DNA of 64,000 nt. It comes from Taibaiella sp. Its GTDB lineage: Bacteria > Bacteroidota > Bacteroidia > Chitinophagales > Chitinophagaceae. A program made the translations under genes and the position numbers. Shown here one piece after another: positions 37,315 to 47,886 of the stretch; within the stretch, counting starts at the first letter, position 1, and every line of letters starts with the position of its first letter. The stretch spans positions 14,495 to 78,494 of the forward strand of contig JAIOYR010000004.1 in assembly GCA_021740995.1 (NCBI GenBank), written 5' to 3'. A model generated the notes under the pieces. The model was not told the origin of the DNA. It searched no databases and saw only the letters and a program-made list of their open reading frames with translations.

Positions 37315-40300
37315 TTACTTTAGGTATTTTGCTATTAATTCATTGACCACTTGTATTTCTGAAATAATTTTACGCAATAGAATCTGTAGTGTTTTTTCAT
37401 CACCTCCCGGCATTGTCTCCATTTCGCTTGCAAGCCTTGACAGTATTGAGAATCCGGCAGACGATGCTGTGCCGTATAATTTATGTCCCATAGTATTCCA
37501 AGCTTCTATACTCTTTGTTTCTTTTGGATTGCTAATTTCTTCTTGAAGTTTCAGTAATTGTTCGGCAGCTATAACCAGAATTTCGGTGATCGTTGAATCG
37601 TTCGTATCATTTCCACCCAAGTACATTTTTAGTTTGTCAATATTGAAATGTGCAGCCGGGTCCTCTGAATCATCCTGAGTTCCATTTTTTGGAGTTTGTG
37701 GCGTGTACCACTTTTCGATTATTTGCACCATTGTTTCTTCAACAAATGGCTTTGCAATAAAGTCATCCATGCCTGCCAGTATACACTTTTCTTTTTCGCC
37801 CTTTACATTACCGGCGGTTAGTGCAATGATAGGCACCTGCTTACCTGCTTTCATTTCCCTGATAAGCCTTGTGGCATCATAGCCATTCATCACCGGCATC
37901 TGGATGTCCATGAAGATAATGTCCGGTCTAAACGCTTCGAATTGCGCCACAGCATCCTTTCCGGTTTCCACTTCCAGTATCACAACATCATTCGCAAACC
38001 TCCGTATAATTGTTCTTGCCAGCAACAGATTGACTTTGTTATCATCAGCGAGCAACACTTTCAGATTGGACCCATGAGCAGTTGGTGCTGCTGCAACAGA
38101 TGCCGGCTCGGTTTTCTTTTTGTGCAGGTGCGAGAGTGTATCAAACATGTCCTGCATCTTAATAGGCTTCAACAATCTGTAATCTATGTTCAGCTCTTTT
38201 GATGCTTTTATAAGTCCTGTATCGTCTGATGAGCTGTGAAAAAGGAATATCGGTTGCTTTTCTTTTGTCAGCTGAAAATTGTCTCTGATTCTTCTTATGG
38301 TATCCAGCCCATCCATGTAAGGCATATGGTAGTCCATCATTATCACATCATAGCGTTCGCCGGCAGCCAGCTTTTGCAATGCATCAAAGCCATTGGTAGC
38401 CTCGTCTGTTGCGATATTTTTCAGTGCCAGCATTTCTTTGAGTATGGTGCGGTTATTGTCGTTATCGTCTACCACCAATACTCTTTTTATCAGGTCGAGG
38501 TTCTCCCAATGTTCCGGTTCGCCCTCTTCAGCCCTGACGTTCAGGTCGAAATAAAATGTTGTTCCTAATCCGGGTTCACTTTCCAGTTTCAGTGAGGAGC
38601 CTACAAGTTTCAGCAAGTTGTTTGAAATAGTAAGACCAAGCCCGGTACCACCGTATCTTTTGGTAGTAGAAACATCCTCCTGAGAGAATGCCTCAAATAC
38701 CTTTGCCTGTTTTTCCTTTTTTATACCTATTCCTGTATCCCTTACTTCGAAGCGGATCGTCTTAGTCCCTTTTTCACTACTTTTCAATACCCGCACCTTC
38801 AATTCCACCTCTCCACTTTCGGTGAACTTAACTGCGTTTCCAAGCAGATTCACGAGTATCTGCTTTAGTCTCACGCTGTCTACCCAGATAAACCGGGGTA
38901 GCTCTGAAGAAATGTTTAGCAACATTTCCAGTTTTTTGCTGTGTGCCTGATAGGTGATAATATCGCTTGCCTGATTAGCAAGTTCGAAGAGGTCGCATTT
39001 GTCTATATCCAGTTCCAGTTTTCCGGCTTCTATTTTTGAGAAGTCGAGTATGTCGTTGATAACACTATACAGTGCATTTGCCGACTGATTGACAATGGAG
39101 AGGTACTGATGCTGAGTCTCGGTAAGTGTGGTTTTGAGTAGCAAGTCTGTAAACCCTATAACGCCATTTAGGGGAGTGCGTATCTCGTGGCTCATGTTTG
39201 CCAGAAATTCTGATTTAGCAAGGCTGGCATGCTCGGCGAGATACTTTGCTTTTGTCAGTTCTTCTCTTTGCAGGCAGGTTTCTGTAATATCTTGTGTGAA
39301 CATCATGATGCCGCCAATAGCGCCATCTATAAGATACCAGGGTCTTACCTCCCACCGCAAATACTGGTCATGATCCCAGCCTTCAGGCCGCCACACTTCT
39401 TCATCTGTTTTGATCACTTCGCCTGCCAGACAGCGTTGATGTATTTCTTTCCACTCTGCTGATATATTAGGGAATACATCGTAATGACTAACGCCATCGA
39501 TCAATCGGGCCTGCAGCTGATACTCTTCTATCCAGCGGTTGCTGTATGCGATATACCGCACTTCTCTATCAAACATTGCCACTGCGGCAGGCGCATGAGT
39601 GACAAAAGAACTCAATATCGCCTTCTGATTTATCAGTTCTATTTCCGCCTTCTTCTTTTCGTCAATATCCTGAAATGTGCCATACAGCCTTTTGCAGCTA
39701 CCTTTTTCAAACTCTGCATTACCCAATATTCTGATCCATTTTTCCCTTCCCTTTGCAGTAATTATTTTAAGTTCTATATCCCAGGGTTTTCCGGATTGTG
39801 CGGCTTCTTTTTCGGATATTGTTATTTGCTCCAGGCTAAGGGAGTCTTTGTAAAACTGCGAGCCTGCTGTAAAATCCGGCTGATAACCGGCCTGCACTTC
39901 AAAAATATCTTTAGCTGTAGCGGACCAGAAAACCGTGTTTTTTATCATATCTACCTCCCAGCCACCTATGCGTGCTACCTTGTTGGTTTGCTCCAGCATT
40001 TCTTTTGTTTTACTGAGCTGTGCTTCCAGATTGTGGCGGTCTGTAATGTCCAGTGCATTGCCTATTACCATGTAGTTACCCAACCTGTCTGTAGACACTA
40101 CATTGTTGAAGAGCCATATCCTGATACTCCCATCTTTATGCTGCGTCCGCATGAGGCCGTTAAAGGCGCCTTCTGACTTTATATATTCAAGATATAGTTC
40201 CAGCTTATCGTGCAGCGAGGAAGGTACAATATCATACAGCGTTTTATCGTGCAGCTCATCTTTGGTAAAGCCCAATGCCTTGGCACTTGCCGTGTTTGTT

Positions 40301-41232
40301 GACAGTATTTTCCCCTGAAGGTCATGCGTGCACATAAGGCCCTCAGAATTCTCAAAGAACTCTCGGAAATGCCGTTCGCTATAGGCCAGTTCTGCCTCTC
40401 TTGCCTTTTCCTGAGAAATGTCGCGACCTATACAAAACAGGCTACCCGTTTCGATCTCGGGCGCCACTGTCCATTCCAGGTGGAGGTATGTGTCGTCTTT
40501 CTTTCGGAATCTGTTTACAAAATTGATTGTAGCGATACCGGATGCGAGTTTTGTAACCTCATTCTTGGTTATTTCAATATCATCGGGATGTATCAGCTCA
40601 AAAAATTCTCTTTCCAAAATGTAGCTGGTATCATAGCCCAACAAATCAGTGAAAGCTGGGTTTATCTTTTTAAAATAACCATCTGTACTCGCAAGGCAAA
40701 TTAAGTCATTGGTGAGATTGAAGAGTTTTTCGAAATACTTCAGTTCATCTTTTTGCCGTCTGATGCTTATGAGGTCTGTGACCTCTGCCGCAAGGAGCGA
40801 CAAGGCCTTATTTTGTTTTTCATCGAGCTTTTTTGAAACTGTATCTATGACACACAACGTGCCCAGTGCAAAGCCATTGCTATCTATGAGCGGACAGCCT
40901 GAGTAAAAGCGAATATTGGGGTCGCCTGTTACCAGCGGATTGTCTTTGAAGCGGTTATCTGTAGTGGCATTTTCTACTTCAAATATTGCAGTGCCTTTTA
41001 TAGCGTGATGACAGAAGGCAATATCGCGCGGGGTTTCCCTTGCATCCAATCCATGGTTCGATTTGAACCACTGTCTTCGCTCATCTACCAGCGACACCAG
41101 CGAAATAGGTGTATTGCAAATAATGGATGCCAGCTCAGTAATTCTATCGAATTCGTGTTCCGGCTTAGTGTCGAGTATGTGATATGCTTTCAGCGCATTA
41201 ATCCGCTGTGCCTCATTGCTGTCTCCTGACAT
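37315..41232 (-). CDS. Cytoplasmic hybrid sensor kinase: GAF, multiple PAS/PAC, HisKA, HATPase, two REC, HPt
   Basis: GAF TPRDIAFC, NMSHEIRTPLNG, NLLGNAVKFT, GGTGLGL, two receivers (MDYHMP, MDIQMP), HKLYGTA. Start moved to MSGDS. Confidence 0.95.
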   Translation of the reverse strand: MSGDSNEAQRINALKAYHILDTKPEHEFDRITELASIICNTPISLVSLVDERRQWFKSNHGLDARETPRDIAFCHHAIKGTAIFEVENATTDNRFKDNPLVTGDPNIRFYSGCPLIDSNGFALGTLCVIDTVSKKLDEKQNKALSLLAAEVTDLISIRRQKDELKYFEKLFNLTNDLICLASTDGYFKKINPAFTDLLGYDTSYILEREFFELIHPDDIEITKNEVTKLASGIATINFVNRFRKKDDTYLHLEWTVAPEIETGSLFCIGRDISQEKAREAELAYSERHFREFFENSEGLMCTHDLQGKILSTNTASAKALGFTKDELHDKTLYDIVPSSLHDKLELYLEYIKSEGAFNGLMRTQHKDGSIRIWLFNNVVSTDRLGNYMVIGNALDITDRHNLEAQLSKTKEMLEQTNKVARIGGWEVDMIKNTVFWSATAKDIFEVQAGYQPDFTAGSQFYKDSLSLEQITISEKEAAQSGKPWDIELKIITAKGREKWIRILGNAEFEKGSCKRLYGTFQDIDEKKKAEIELINQKAILSSFVTHAPAAVAMFDREVRYIAYSNRWIEEYQLQARLIDGVSHYDVFPNISAEWKEIHQRCLAGEVIKTDEEVWRPEGWDHDQYLRWEVRPWYLIDGAIGGIMMFTQDITETCLQREELTKAKYLAEHASLAKSEFLANMSHEIRTPLNGVIGFTDLLLKTTLTETQHQYLSIVNQSANALYSVINDILDFSKIEAGKLELDIDKCDLFELANQASDIITYQAHSKKLEMLLNISSELPRFIWVDSVRLKQILVNLLGNAVKFTESGEVELKVRVLKSSEKGTKTIRFEVRDTGIGIKKEKQAKVFEAFSQEDVSTTKRYGGTGLGLTISNNLLKLVGSSLKLESEPGLGTTFYFDLNVRAEEGEPEHWENLDLIKRVLVVDDNDNNRTILKEMLALKNIATDEATNGFDALQKLAAGERYDVIMMDYHMPYMDGLDTIRRIRDNFQLTKEKQPIFLFHSSSDDTGLIKASKELNIDYRLLKPIKMQDMFDTLSHLHKKKTEPASVAAAPTAHGSNLKVLLADDNKVNLLLARTIIRRFANDVVILEVETGKDAVAQFEAFRPDIIFMDIQMPVMNGYDATRLIREMKAGKQVPIIALTAGNVKGEKEKCILAGMDDFIAKPFVEETMVQIIEKWYTPQTPKNGTQDDSEDPAAHFNIDKLKMYLGGNDTNDSTITEILVIAAEQLLKLQEEISNPKETKSIEAWNTMGHKLYGTASSAGFSILSRLASEMETMPGGDEKTLQILLRKIISEIQVVNELIAKYLK

Positions 41233-41362
41233 GAAGTTAGTTTTATGGAAAACGTGATACTTACCAAACCAACATGGTTTAGCTGTAAACACAACAAGGG
41301 GCTTGCTAAAGTAAGTTACAGAATAAAAACAAAATTAAAAAATACTGTTGTTACAAATAGTG

Positions 41363-41800
41363 CTATCGCAACCTGTCTGTAGAGCGCACCAGTTTTTCAT
41401 CGCTGCGTATACCTGCCATTGCCAAAACAAGTAATACTAACGAAAACACCGGCAAAACAGCGCCTACCCAATAGTTACCACCCGTAACCGGCGGCACCTC
41501 GCGGGTAAGACCAGTGACCCTCCATAGCATCATAGACATAAATCCTGCTGTAGAAATCAAAGCGATGGCAGTCATGCGCAATTGACGCTTGCGGTTGGTG
41601 AACATGAAAATAGTAATCAGTGGCAGCAATACCATAACCAACGCTATGAGCAGCGATGGGTAGTGATCTGCAACACGCAGCATTCTGCTTTCTACAATGT
41701 CGCCTGTAAGTATTTCGCCGCGGTAGAGGTCGAAATAGAATACACCTGCCGCGAACAGAGCTGCGAGTAATAGCCAGAGTGATTGCTTGCGTTGTATCAT
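41363..41800 (-). CDS. DUF4293 family membrane protein
   Basis: MIQRKQSLWLLLA N-terminus; C-terminal GIRSDEKLVRSTDRLR. Confidence 0.9.
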   Translation of the reverse strand: MIQRKQSLWLLLAALFAAGVFYFDLYRGEILTGDIVESRMLRVADHYPSLLIALVMVLLPLITIFMFTNRKRQLRMTAIALISTAGFMSMMLWRVTGLTREVPPVTGGNYWVGAVLPVFSLVLLVLAMAGIRSDEKLVRSTDRLR

Positions 41801-41810
41801 GATTTTTTAT

Positions 41811-41902
41811 TTAGTCGAAAGTATTTTAGTCGAAAGTAGAAAGTTGTTAGTCTAAAGCTAGGTTGACGGATGGTTTTTAGTAGATAGTTATTAGTCGAAA
41901 GT
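41811..41902. repeat. Intergenic TTAGTCGAAAGT repeats
   Basis: Copies at 41811, 41826, 41847 (variant) and 41891. Confidence 0.7.
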
Positions 41903-41917
41903 TGTGGTGGTTTTCGT

Positions 41918-43189
41918 TTATGCTATTGAGTTGCTGCCAAAATATGGTTGTAGTGCTGCGGGTATTTTTATGCCAGCGGCAGACTGGTTGTTTTCGAGCA
42001 GGCAGGCTATGATACGGGGCAATGCCAGCGAACTGCCATTGAGGGTATGCACCAGTTGTGTTTTTCCGTTTTCGTCTCTATGCCTTATCTTCATCCTGTT
42101 TGCCTGAAAAGTTTCGAAGTTAGATACGGAGCTCACTTCGAGCCAGCGTTCCTGCGCTGCGCTGTATACCTCAAAGTCATAAGTGATGGCCGATGTAAAG
42201 CCCATATCGCCACCACAGAGGCGCAGTATGCGGTAAGGCAGCTCCAGTGATTGCAGCAATTTTTCTACATGCGCTACCATTCCATCGAGTGCTTCATAGC
42301 TCTTTGCAGGGTCTGTCAGTTGCACAATCTCTACTTTATCGAACTGGTGAACCCTGTTTAGCCCGCGCACATCCTTGCCATAAGAGCCGGCCTCACGGCG
42401 GAAGCAGGGTGAGTAAGCGGTCATCTTTACCGGCAGTTCATTTTCCTGCAGTATCACATCCCGGTAAATATTGGTAAGCGGTACCTCAGAGGTAGGTATC
42501 AGATATAAGCCATCGGTGGTAACATGATACATCTGCCCTTCTTTGTCGGGCAACTGACCTGTACCATAGGCAGATTCTTCGTTGACCATAAATGGCGGAC
42601 AGTATTCTGTGTAGCCCGCATCAGTATTAAAAGTAAGGAAATACTGTATGAGCGCACGTTGTAGTTTGGCGCCACGCCCCATAAACACCGGGAAGCCACT
42701 GCCGGTGATCTTGTTGCCCAAGGCAAGGTCCATAAGCTGGTATTTTTCCAGCAGGTCCCAATGGGGGAGTTTCTGTTCTGTAAGTTCGGGTATTACACCG
42801 CCCTGACGCACCACTACATTGTCCTCAGGCGTTTTGCCGGCGGGTACGCTGCTGTGCGGCAAATTGGGCAGGCGCACCATATCGGCATGCAGCCCGGCCT
42901 CCAGTGTGGTCAATGCCAGTGTTACTTCTTTTATTTTTTCTTTGTGCTCTGCTACCTGTACTTTCAGCACCTCTGCCTGCTCTTTATCGCCCTTTGCCAT
43001 TAGCTGGCCTATCTGCTTAGACGCATTGTTTACCGATGCAGCAAGCTGCTCCTGTTCTACCAACATCTTGCGGCGATGCTCATCGGCAGCAATAATTTTA
43101 TCTACAAGTTCTGTTTCTTTAAAATTCCTTTTGGCAAGCCCCTGCAATACCAATTCCTTGTTTTGCCTGAAAATATGTATAGGTAACAT
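41918..43189 (-). CDS. serS: Serine--tRNA ligase
   Basis: GTGQLP, LIPTSEVP, FRREAG..RGLNRVHQF.KVE, EVSSVSN, HTLNGS.LA.PR. Confidence 0.98.
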   Translation of the reverse strand: MLPIHIFRQNKELVLQGLAKRNFKETELVDKIIAADEHRRKMLVEQEQLAASVNNASKQIGQLMAKGDKEQAEVLKVQVAEHKEKIKEVTLALTTLEAGLHADMVRLPNLPHSSVPAGKTPEDNVVVRQGGVIPELTEQKLPHWDLLEKYQLMDLALGNKITGSGFPVFMGRGAKLQRALIQYFLTFNTDAGYTEYCPPFMVNEESAYGTGQLPDKEGQMYHVTTDGLYLIPTSEVPLTNIYRDVILQENELPVKMTAYSPCFRREAGSYGKDVRGLNRVHQFDKVEIVQLTDPAKSYEALDGMVAHVEKLLQSLELPYRILRLCGGDMGFTSAITYDFEVYSAAQERWLEVSSVSNFETFQANRMKIRHRDENGKTQLVHTLNGSSLALPRIIACLLENNQSAAGIKIPAALQPYFGSNSIA

Positions 43190-43212
43190 AAAATAATAAA
43201 TATAATTGGCGG

Positions 43213-43220
43213 CAAAGATA
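43213..43220 (-). promoter_or_regulatory. Sigma-A -7 element for serS
   Basis: Reverse complement is TATCTTTG. Confidence 0.6.
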
Positions 43221-43279
43221 AACTTAATCCCTCAACTAAATAATGATGAAAAACAGGACAATGATATGTTCTCCACCAC

Positions 43280-44674
43280 CTACCTAATCTCCGGAATAGT
43301 TATCCCTGTGATCTTTCTATATAGGTCTATGGCATATAGGTCAGTCATGCCGGAGATATAGTCTACTAAAGATTGTATGTTTTTATATACATCTCCATCG
43401 TTTCTGGTGATGGGGAACTGACCCGGTATTACTTTCAGTATTTTGCCCGACTTGGTAAGGTGGGGGTGCAATGCTGCGTGAACAAACTCCCTAAGCAGGC
43501 CACCTATTACATTGTAGCCGGCTATCTCTATCTCTGCTACTGCTCTGTAGTTGTAGATATGGTCTACCGAATACTTGTTGATGCGCTCTATCAGTGCGTA
43601 GTCTGCCGGAGGCAGGCATTTTAGCAGGTCTTTTTCCAGCGTGCCCGCCAGCAGTTCTGCTTCGTGTGTCATAAACACCCGAGCTATTTTTTCTGTCATC
43701 AGGCCTATCCAGCGAGCACGTATATACTGTACCTTCTGATTATCGTCGTTTATGGCTGCAAGCTTACTTTCAATATAGCCCCGGGTGGCATACTCATTAG
43801 TTTCATTGTCGAAAAAGGGCAGGAACAGCTCCATGAAGGTATCTATAGTGGTGATGTGCAGCCTGTGGGCATCTTCGAGGTCTATGACCCTATAGCAAAT
43901 ATCATCTGCAGCCTCTGTAAGGTATACAAAAGGGTGACGGGCATACACATGGTTGTAGCCGTCCTTTAGGGGTATTTCAAGTGCAGCAGCTATCAGCTTG
44001 TAGGTACCTATTTCACTATCAAAGAATCCCGACTTCTTCGTTGCTATCAGTCCGGTCTTTTTATTAAATCCTTCTGCCGAGCTGCACGGATACTTTACCA
44101 GCGATGCCAGTGTGGTAAAGGTGAGCTTGTAGCCGCCGGGCTCCTGCTCGTTGAAGCTGTGTGTGAGGGTGCGCAAGGCATTGGAGTTGCCCTCGAAATA
44201 TTCAAAGTCTTTGAGTTGGTTTTCTGATAGTGCGCTATGTACTATTTTGCGGTCTTCCCCTTCCAGCTCGTTGAAAAAGGAGCGTATGGCATCCTCTCCG
44301 GAGTGTCCAAAGGGGGGATTGCCAATATCGTGCGCCAGACAAGCCGATGCGATAACCGATGCCAGCTCGTGCCGGTAAAATTCCCTGAATCCTTCGCTTT
44401 CTGTAGTATGGTTTGCGGCTATCATCTCGCCGACTGCCTTGCCCAGAGAACGGCCCACCGAGGCTACCTCCAGACTATGTGTGAGCCTGTTGTGTACAAA
44501 TATGGCACCCGGCAGCGGGAATACCTGCGTCTTGTTTTGCAACCTGCGAAAAGCCGATGAAAAAATAATACGGTCATAGTCGCGCAGAAAGGAATTGCGC
44601 ACCGGGTCGGGGTTGGTGCCCTTGCGTTCCTTGTCTCCTGTGCGTTGTGTAGTATATAGCCCCTGCCAGTTCAT
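43280..44674 (-). CDS. dgt: Deoxyguanosinetriphosphate triphosphohydrolase (HD domain)
   Basis: RRLQNKTQVF, HNRLTHSLEV, AHDIGNPPFGHSGE, FEGN, EAADDICY. Confidence 0.95.
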   Translation of the reverse strand: MNWQGLYTTQRTGDKERKGTNPDPVRNSFLRDYDRIIFSSAFRRLQNKTQVFPLPGAIFVHNRLTHSLEVASVGRSLGKAVGEMIAANHTTESEGFREFYRHELASVIASACLAHDIGNPPFGHSGEDAIRSFFNELEGEDRKIVHSALSENQLKDFEYFEGNSNALRTLTHSFNEQEPGGYKLTFTTLASLVKYPCSSAEGFNKKTGLIATKKSGFFDSEIGTYKLIAAALEIPLKDGYNHVYARHPFVYLTEAADDICYRVIDLEDAHRLHITTIDTFMELFLPFFDNETNEYATRGYIESKLAAINDDNQKVQYIRARWIGLMTEKIARVFMTHEAELLAGTLEKDLLKCLPPADYALIERINKYSVDHIYNYRAVAEIEIAGYNVIGGLLREFVHAALHPHLTKSGKILKVIPGQFPITRNDGDVYKNIQSLVDYISGMTDLYAIDLYRKITGITIPEIR

Positions 44675-44703
44675 TTTGTAAATATAGTGGCATTTTGACC
44701 CAC

Positions 44704-44737
44704 AAAAAAAGGGTATAGCCGCAGCTATACCCTTTTT
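44704..44737. terminator. Bidirectional intrinsic terminator
   Basis: aaaaagggtatagc-cgca-gctatacccttttt. Confidence 0.85.
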
Positions 44738-44794
44738 AACTAATTACCCATTTACTCAACTACATTAACTTAACGTGTTTTGATGTTACGTGCC

Positions 44795-44885
44795 CTCATT
44801 CAACCCAATTCAGGGTTGGTGTTTTCTATCGGTATTCCGCCGGTTGCACCGGCGGCTATTCATATTCGAGCCCTTCGGGCTTGCT
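44795..44885. repeat. REP-like hairpin cluster
   Basis: aaccc-aattca-gggtt, ccgccgg-ttgca-ccggcgg and agccc-ttc-gggct. Confidence 0.5.
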
Positions 44886-44914
44886 ACAGTTATTGCTGTT
44901 GCCAATTTACCCAA

Positions 44915-45565
44915 CTACTCCTTATCCTCTACTTTGCAGAGCCCTATGAAGTATTCTGTTTTGTCTTTGCCCCAGTGAGGCTGGCTTATGTCTTTGCCCT
45001 GATCTTTGGCAAAGAGTCCGTTTGCTTTTTCAAAGTAAGGTAGCGCTGCTTTTTTGCCACCACCAAACTGCTTTGGGGTAAACATAGTGCTGGTACCCTT
45101 GAGGTAATACATACGCGGATTGTCGGGGTTTATTGCCTTTGCGCTTTCCAGCTCATCGCTGAAAATCTTTCCGTACTTCTGCCAGCGGTTCATACCGTCT
45201 ACTGCCATACGGGCATTGGCTATCATTGCCTTGAGCACATGCGTCTCATCATTGTCTTTCTTGAGTATGCTCACAGCATCTTCGGTTTCCTTGTCGGCCT
45301 CATCGAGGTAGGCGTCGCGTTTAGCCGCATCTTTTTCGAAGTAAGAAAGCTGCGCCTTGCTATATGCCAGATAGTAGTGTGTAGACCATTCGCCATCCCA
45401 CTTCTTGGCTATCAGTGCCAGCTTATTGCTCTGCTCTACCATCTTGGTCATGTCCATAGTGGTATCGAAGGCGAGGAATGTTTTTTCGAGCGGTGCTTTG
45501 AAATCCTGTGCTGTGGCACTCAGTACTGTAAATGCCATTGCAGCGAATAAAATTGGTTTTTTCAT
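44915..45565 (-). CDS. Exported alpha-helical (TPR-like) hypothetical protein
   Basis: Signal peptide; NPDNPRMYYLKG...FGGGKKAALPYFEKA; follows the TonB receptor. Confidence 0.8.
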   Translation of the reverse strand: MKKPILFAAMAFTVLSATAQDFKAPLEKTFLAFDTTMDMTKMVEQSNKLALIAKKWDGEWSTHYYLAYSKAQLSYFEKDAAKRDAYLDEADKETEDAVSILKKDNDETHVLKAMIANARMAVDGMNRWQKYGKIFSDELESAKAINPDNPRMYYLKGTSTMFTPKQFGGGKKAALPYFEKANGLFAKDQGKDISQPHWGKDKTEYFIGLCKVEDKE

Positions 45566-45604
45566 TGTTTTTGTGTTTTATGATTATGATTGTTTTTGTG
45601 ATTG

Positions 45605-47830
45605 TTATAATTCATCCTTACTAAACTCTGACAGCGACATATTGACCCCAAAGAATATAGTGCGATACAATGCAGGTACAATGGGTCCGGCATTTACAAA
45701 AGTGCCATTGGGAAGCTGATTGTACCTGTAACCAAAAACATTCTTTTGGTTGGTTACGTTTTCTACACTTATATAAAACACCGTGAACCACTTGCCGAAA
45801 CTACGAAGGTAAGCTGCTGTAACAGACAAGCTGTGATACTCAGGTGTGAGGTCGGTAAGGAATTTGGTGTTGTCTGCGGTGTAGGCAATAGGGTTGTAAA
45901 ATGGTCTGCCACTTGCATAGCTGTAAGTTGCGCTCAGGTTGGTTTTTATTTTGTCTATCCAGTATTTGCCTACGAGATTCAGGTTGTGATTGGCTATAAA
46001 TGCAGGAGTAGCAGACACCGGGTAATTGCCAAACTTCCTTTTGGTGTCTATGAAGCTGTAAGATATCCAGTAGTCTGTATTCTTAAATGTTTTTTTGTCG
46101 CGCCAAAAGAGTTCCAATCCCTGTGCATAACCATTGCCATTGTTGGTGACGCTAAAGGTGGAATCGGCAAAGCGATAAGGGTTTGGGTTGTAGGTCATGC
46201 CTGCTACCGGCACTTCCAGTACCAGATTGTCATACTGCTTGCGGTAGCCCTCCAGACGCAGGGTGCGGTTTTGGTGACTCCACTGCCAGTTGGCTATGTA
46301 GTGGGTAGCCATTTGCATGTTGGGTCTGTGGCCGGCTATGAGGTAGAAGTTAGATGCCTCCTGATAAAAGAGCCCACTAGCCACCGATGCCTGGCTGTGC
46401 ACTCCTGTCTTGAGTGCCATAGAAAGCCTTGGTGCCACCAGATTTGAATTGAGCAATGTGCTGTGCTCGTATCGTAGTCCGGGCTTTATTGCAAAGCGGT
46501 TGATGGGGGTCCACTCCAGCTCGGTGTATGCACCGGCAAGCACTTCATTAAAATTCTGCTGCCAGGTGAAGTTGACGGGGTTCAAGAACTGGGTAGTCCT
46601 GTCCTGCCCGAAGTTCTGCACATCTGCTCCTACCAGCAGATTAATCCTGCTATTAAAATAGTCCTTGCCCTCTATGCGAAACTGTCTGCGGTACTCGCCC
46701 TGCTTGCTGTTGAACAGGCTTACTGAATTGTCTGTATTGTTCTGACTTACTGATGCCGCAGTGTATAGCAGGTACTTGTGCCTGAACATCTGGCGATAGG
46801 ATACATTTCCATAATAGTTCTGATCCTTTGTAAGGAAGCCAACAGAGTCTGCGCCAAACGGATTGGGGATTTTCACGCCGGTAGTATTGTGTTGTGTGTT
46901 CAGGGTTACTTTCAGTATGCCGTCTTTGTTGGGCTGCCACATATACCGGATGTTGCCGCTGCCGCCCTGTGGTACTTTGTAAAAGTCGAAGTTGCTCTTT
47001 ACTATGCCATAAAACGGCGTGAGGTTGGTGTAGCCGCCACCTGCCTCTATGCTGCTTTTCTTCCATTTTTTCACGCCCGAGGCGTTTGCACCTGAGAGGT
47101 TTGCACCTAGATTTATATTGCTTTTGTCAGGCATGTCGGTGGTGCTGAGCTCCAGCACGCCTGATAGTGCCTGTCCGTAACGGGCGCTATAACCACCGCT
47201 GCTGAATGCCACACCCTTGTACTGAAACGCACCAAACCTGCTACGGGTAGCCACGCCGGGCGCACCGCTAAAGAAGGCATTCTGTACAATCATCTCGTCT
47301 ACTATTACAGCCGCTTCGCTGGCATCGCCCCCTCTTACAAAGAGACCATTGTCCGGTCCGGTCTGTTGGGTGCCGGGCAGCATTTGCATGGCTTTTACCA
47401 CATCGGCACCAGAGCCTGCGGTTGTTACAATGTCCAATGGGTTTAGTACTGTTTTCCCTTTGTCGTTATTTGCATCAAACGAGCCCGCAGTTATCACTAC
47501 CACATCCAGGTCTCTTACTGCATTGGCTTTCAGGGTTATTACTATTCCACTAATATCTCCGTTGATGGTTATGGGCTGCCCGCCTGTAGCGTGGCTGAGC
47601 TCAGATGCTACTATTGTTTGCAATCCTTTTTCCTCGGTAGTGAAGCGAAACACCCCGTTACTGTCTGTGGTGCCGCCGTCGATGGTATTATCCAGATAGA
47701 CGTTTGCACCCTTTACCGGTTTGTTTTTGTCATTCATTACGGTGCCGCTTATTTTGTATTGTGCGGTAGCAGTTATACAATGCAGTAAGGGTAATAACAG
47801 TAAAAGCGATAAGTAAAACTTTGATTTCAT
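45605..47830 (-). CDS. TonB-dependent receptor
   Basis: ISGTVM..GANVYL, LQMLPG-like plug region, GLFVRGG, FSSGGYSARYGQALSGVL, barrel strands. Confidence 0.92.
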   Translation of the reverse strand: MKSKFYLSLLLLLPLLHCITATAQYKISGTVMNDKNKPVKGANVYLDNTIDGGTTDSNGVFRFTTEEKGLQTIVASELSHATGGQPITINGDISGIVITLKANAVRDLDVVVITAGSFDANNDKGKTVLNPLDIVTTAGSGADVVKAMQMLPGTQQTGPDNGLFVRGGDASEAAVIVDEMIVQNAFFSGAPGVATRSRFGAFQYKGVAFSSGGYSARYGQALSGVLELSTTDMPDKSNINLGANLSGANASGVKKWKKSSIEAGGGYTNLTPFYGIVKSNFDFYKVPQGGSGNIRYMWQPNKDGILKVTLNTQHNTTGVKIPNPFGADSVGFLTKDQNYYGNVSYRQMFRHKYLLYTAASVSQNNTDNSVSLFNSKQGEYRRQFRIEGKDYFNSRINLLVGADVQNFGQDRTTQFLNPVNFTWQQNFNEVLAGAYTELEWTPINRFAIKPGLRYEHSTLLNSNLVAPRLSMALKTGVHSQASVASGLFYQEASNFYLIAGHRPNMQMATHYIANWQWSHQNRTLRLEGYRKQYDNLVLEVPVAGMTYNPNPYRFADSTFSVTNNGNGYAQGLELFWRDKKTFKNTDYWISYSFIDTKRKFGNYPVSATPAFIANHNLNLVGKYWIDKIKTNLSATYSYASGRPFYNPIAYTADNTKFLTDLTPEYHSLSVTAAYLRSFGKWFTVFYISVENVTNQKNVFGYRYNQLPNGTFVNAGPIVPALYRTIFFGVNMSLSEFSKDEL

Positions 47831-47886
47831 TCTGTCTTCAATTATGGCACAAAACTATACTCAGCATAGAGTTTATGAAAATTCAA

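Noticed and set aside
43280-44674. dGTPase as an antiphage system
   Set aside because: Host-like composition, next to serS, outside the AT-rich cassettes; consistent with the housekeeping enzyme.
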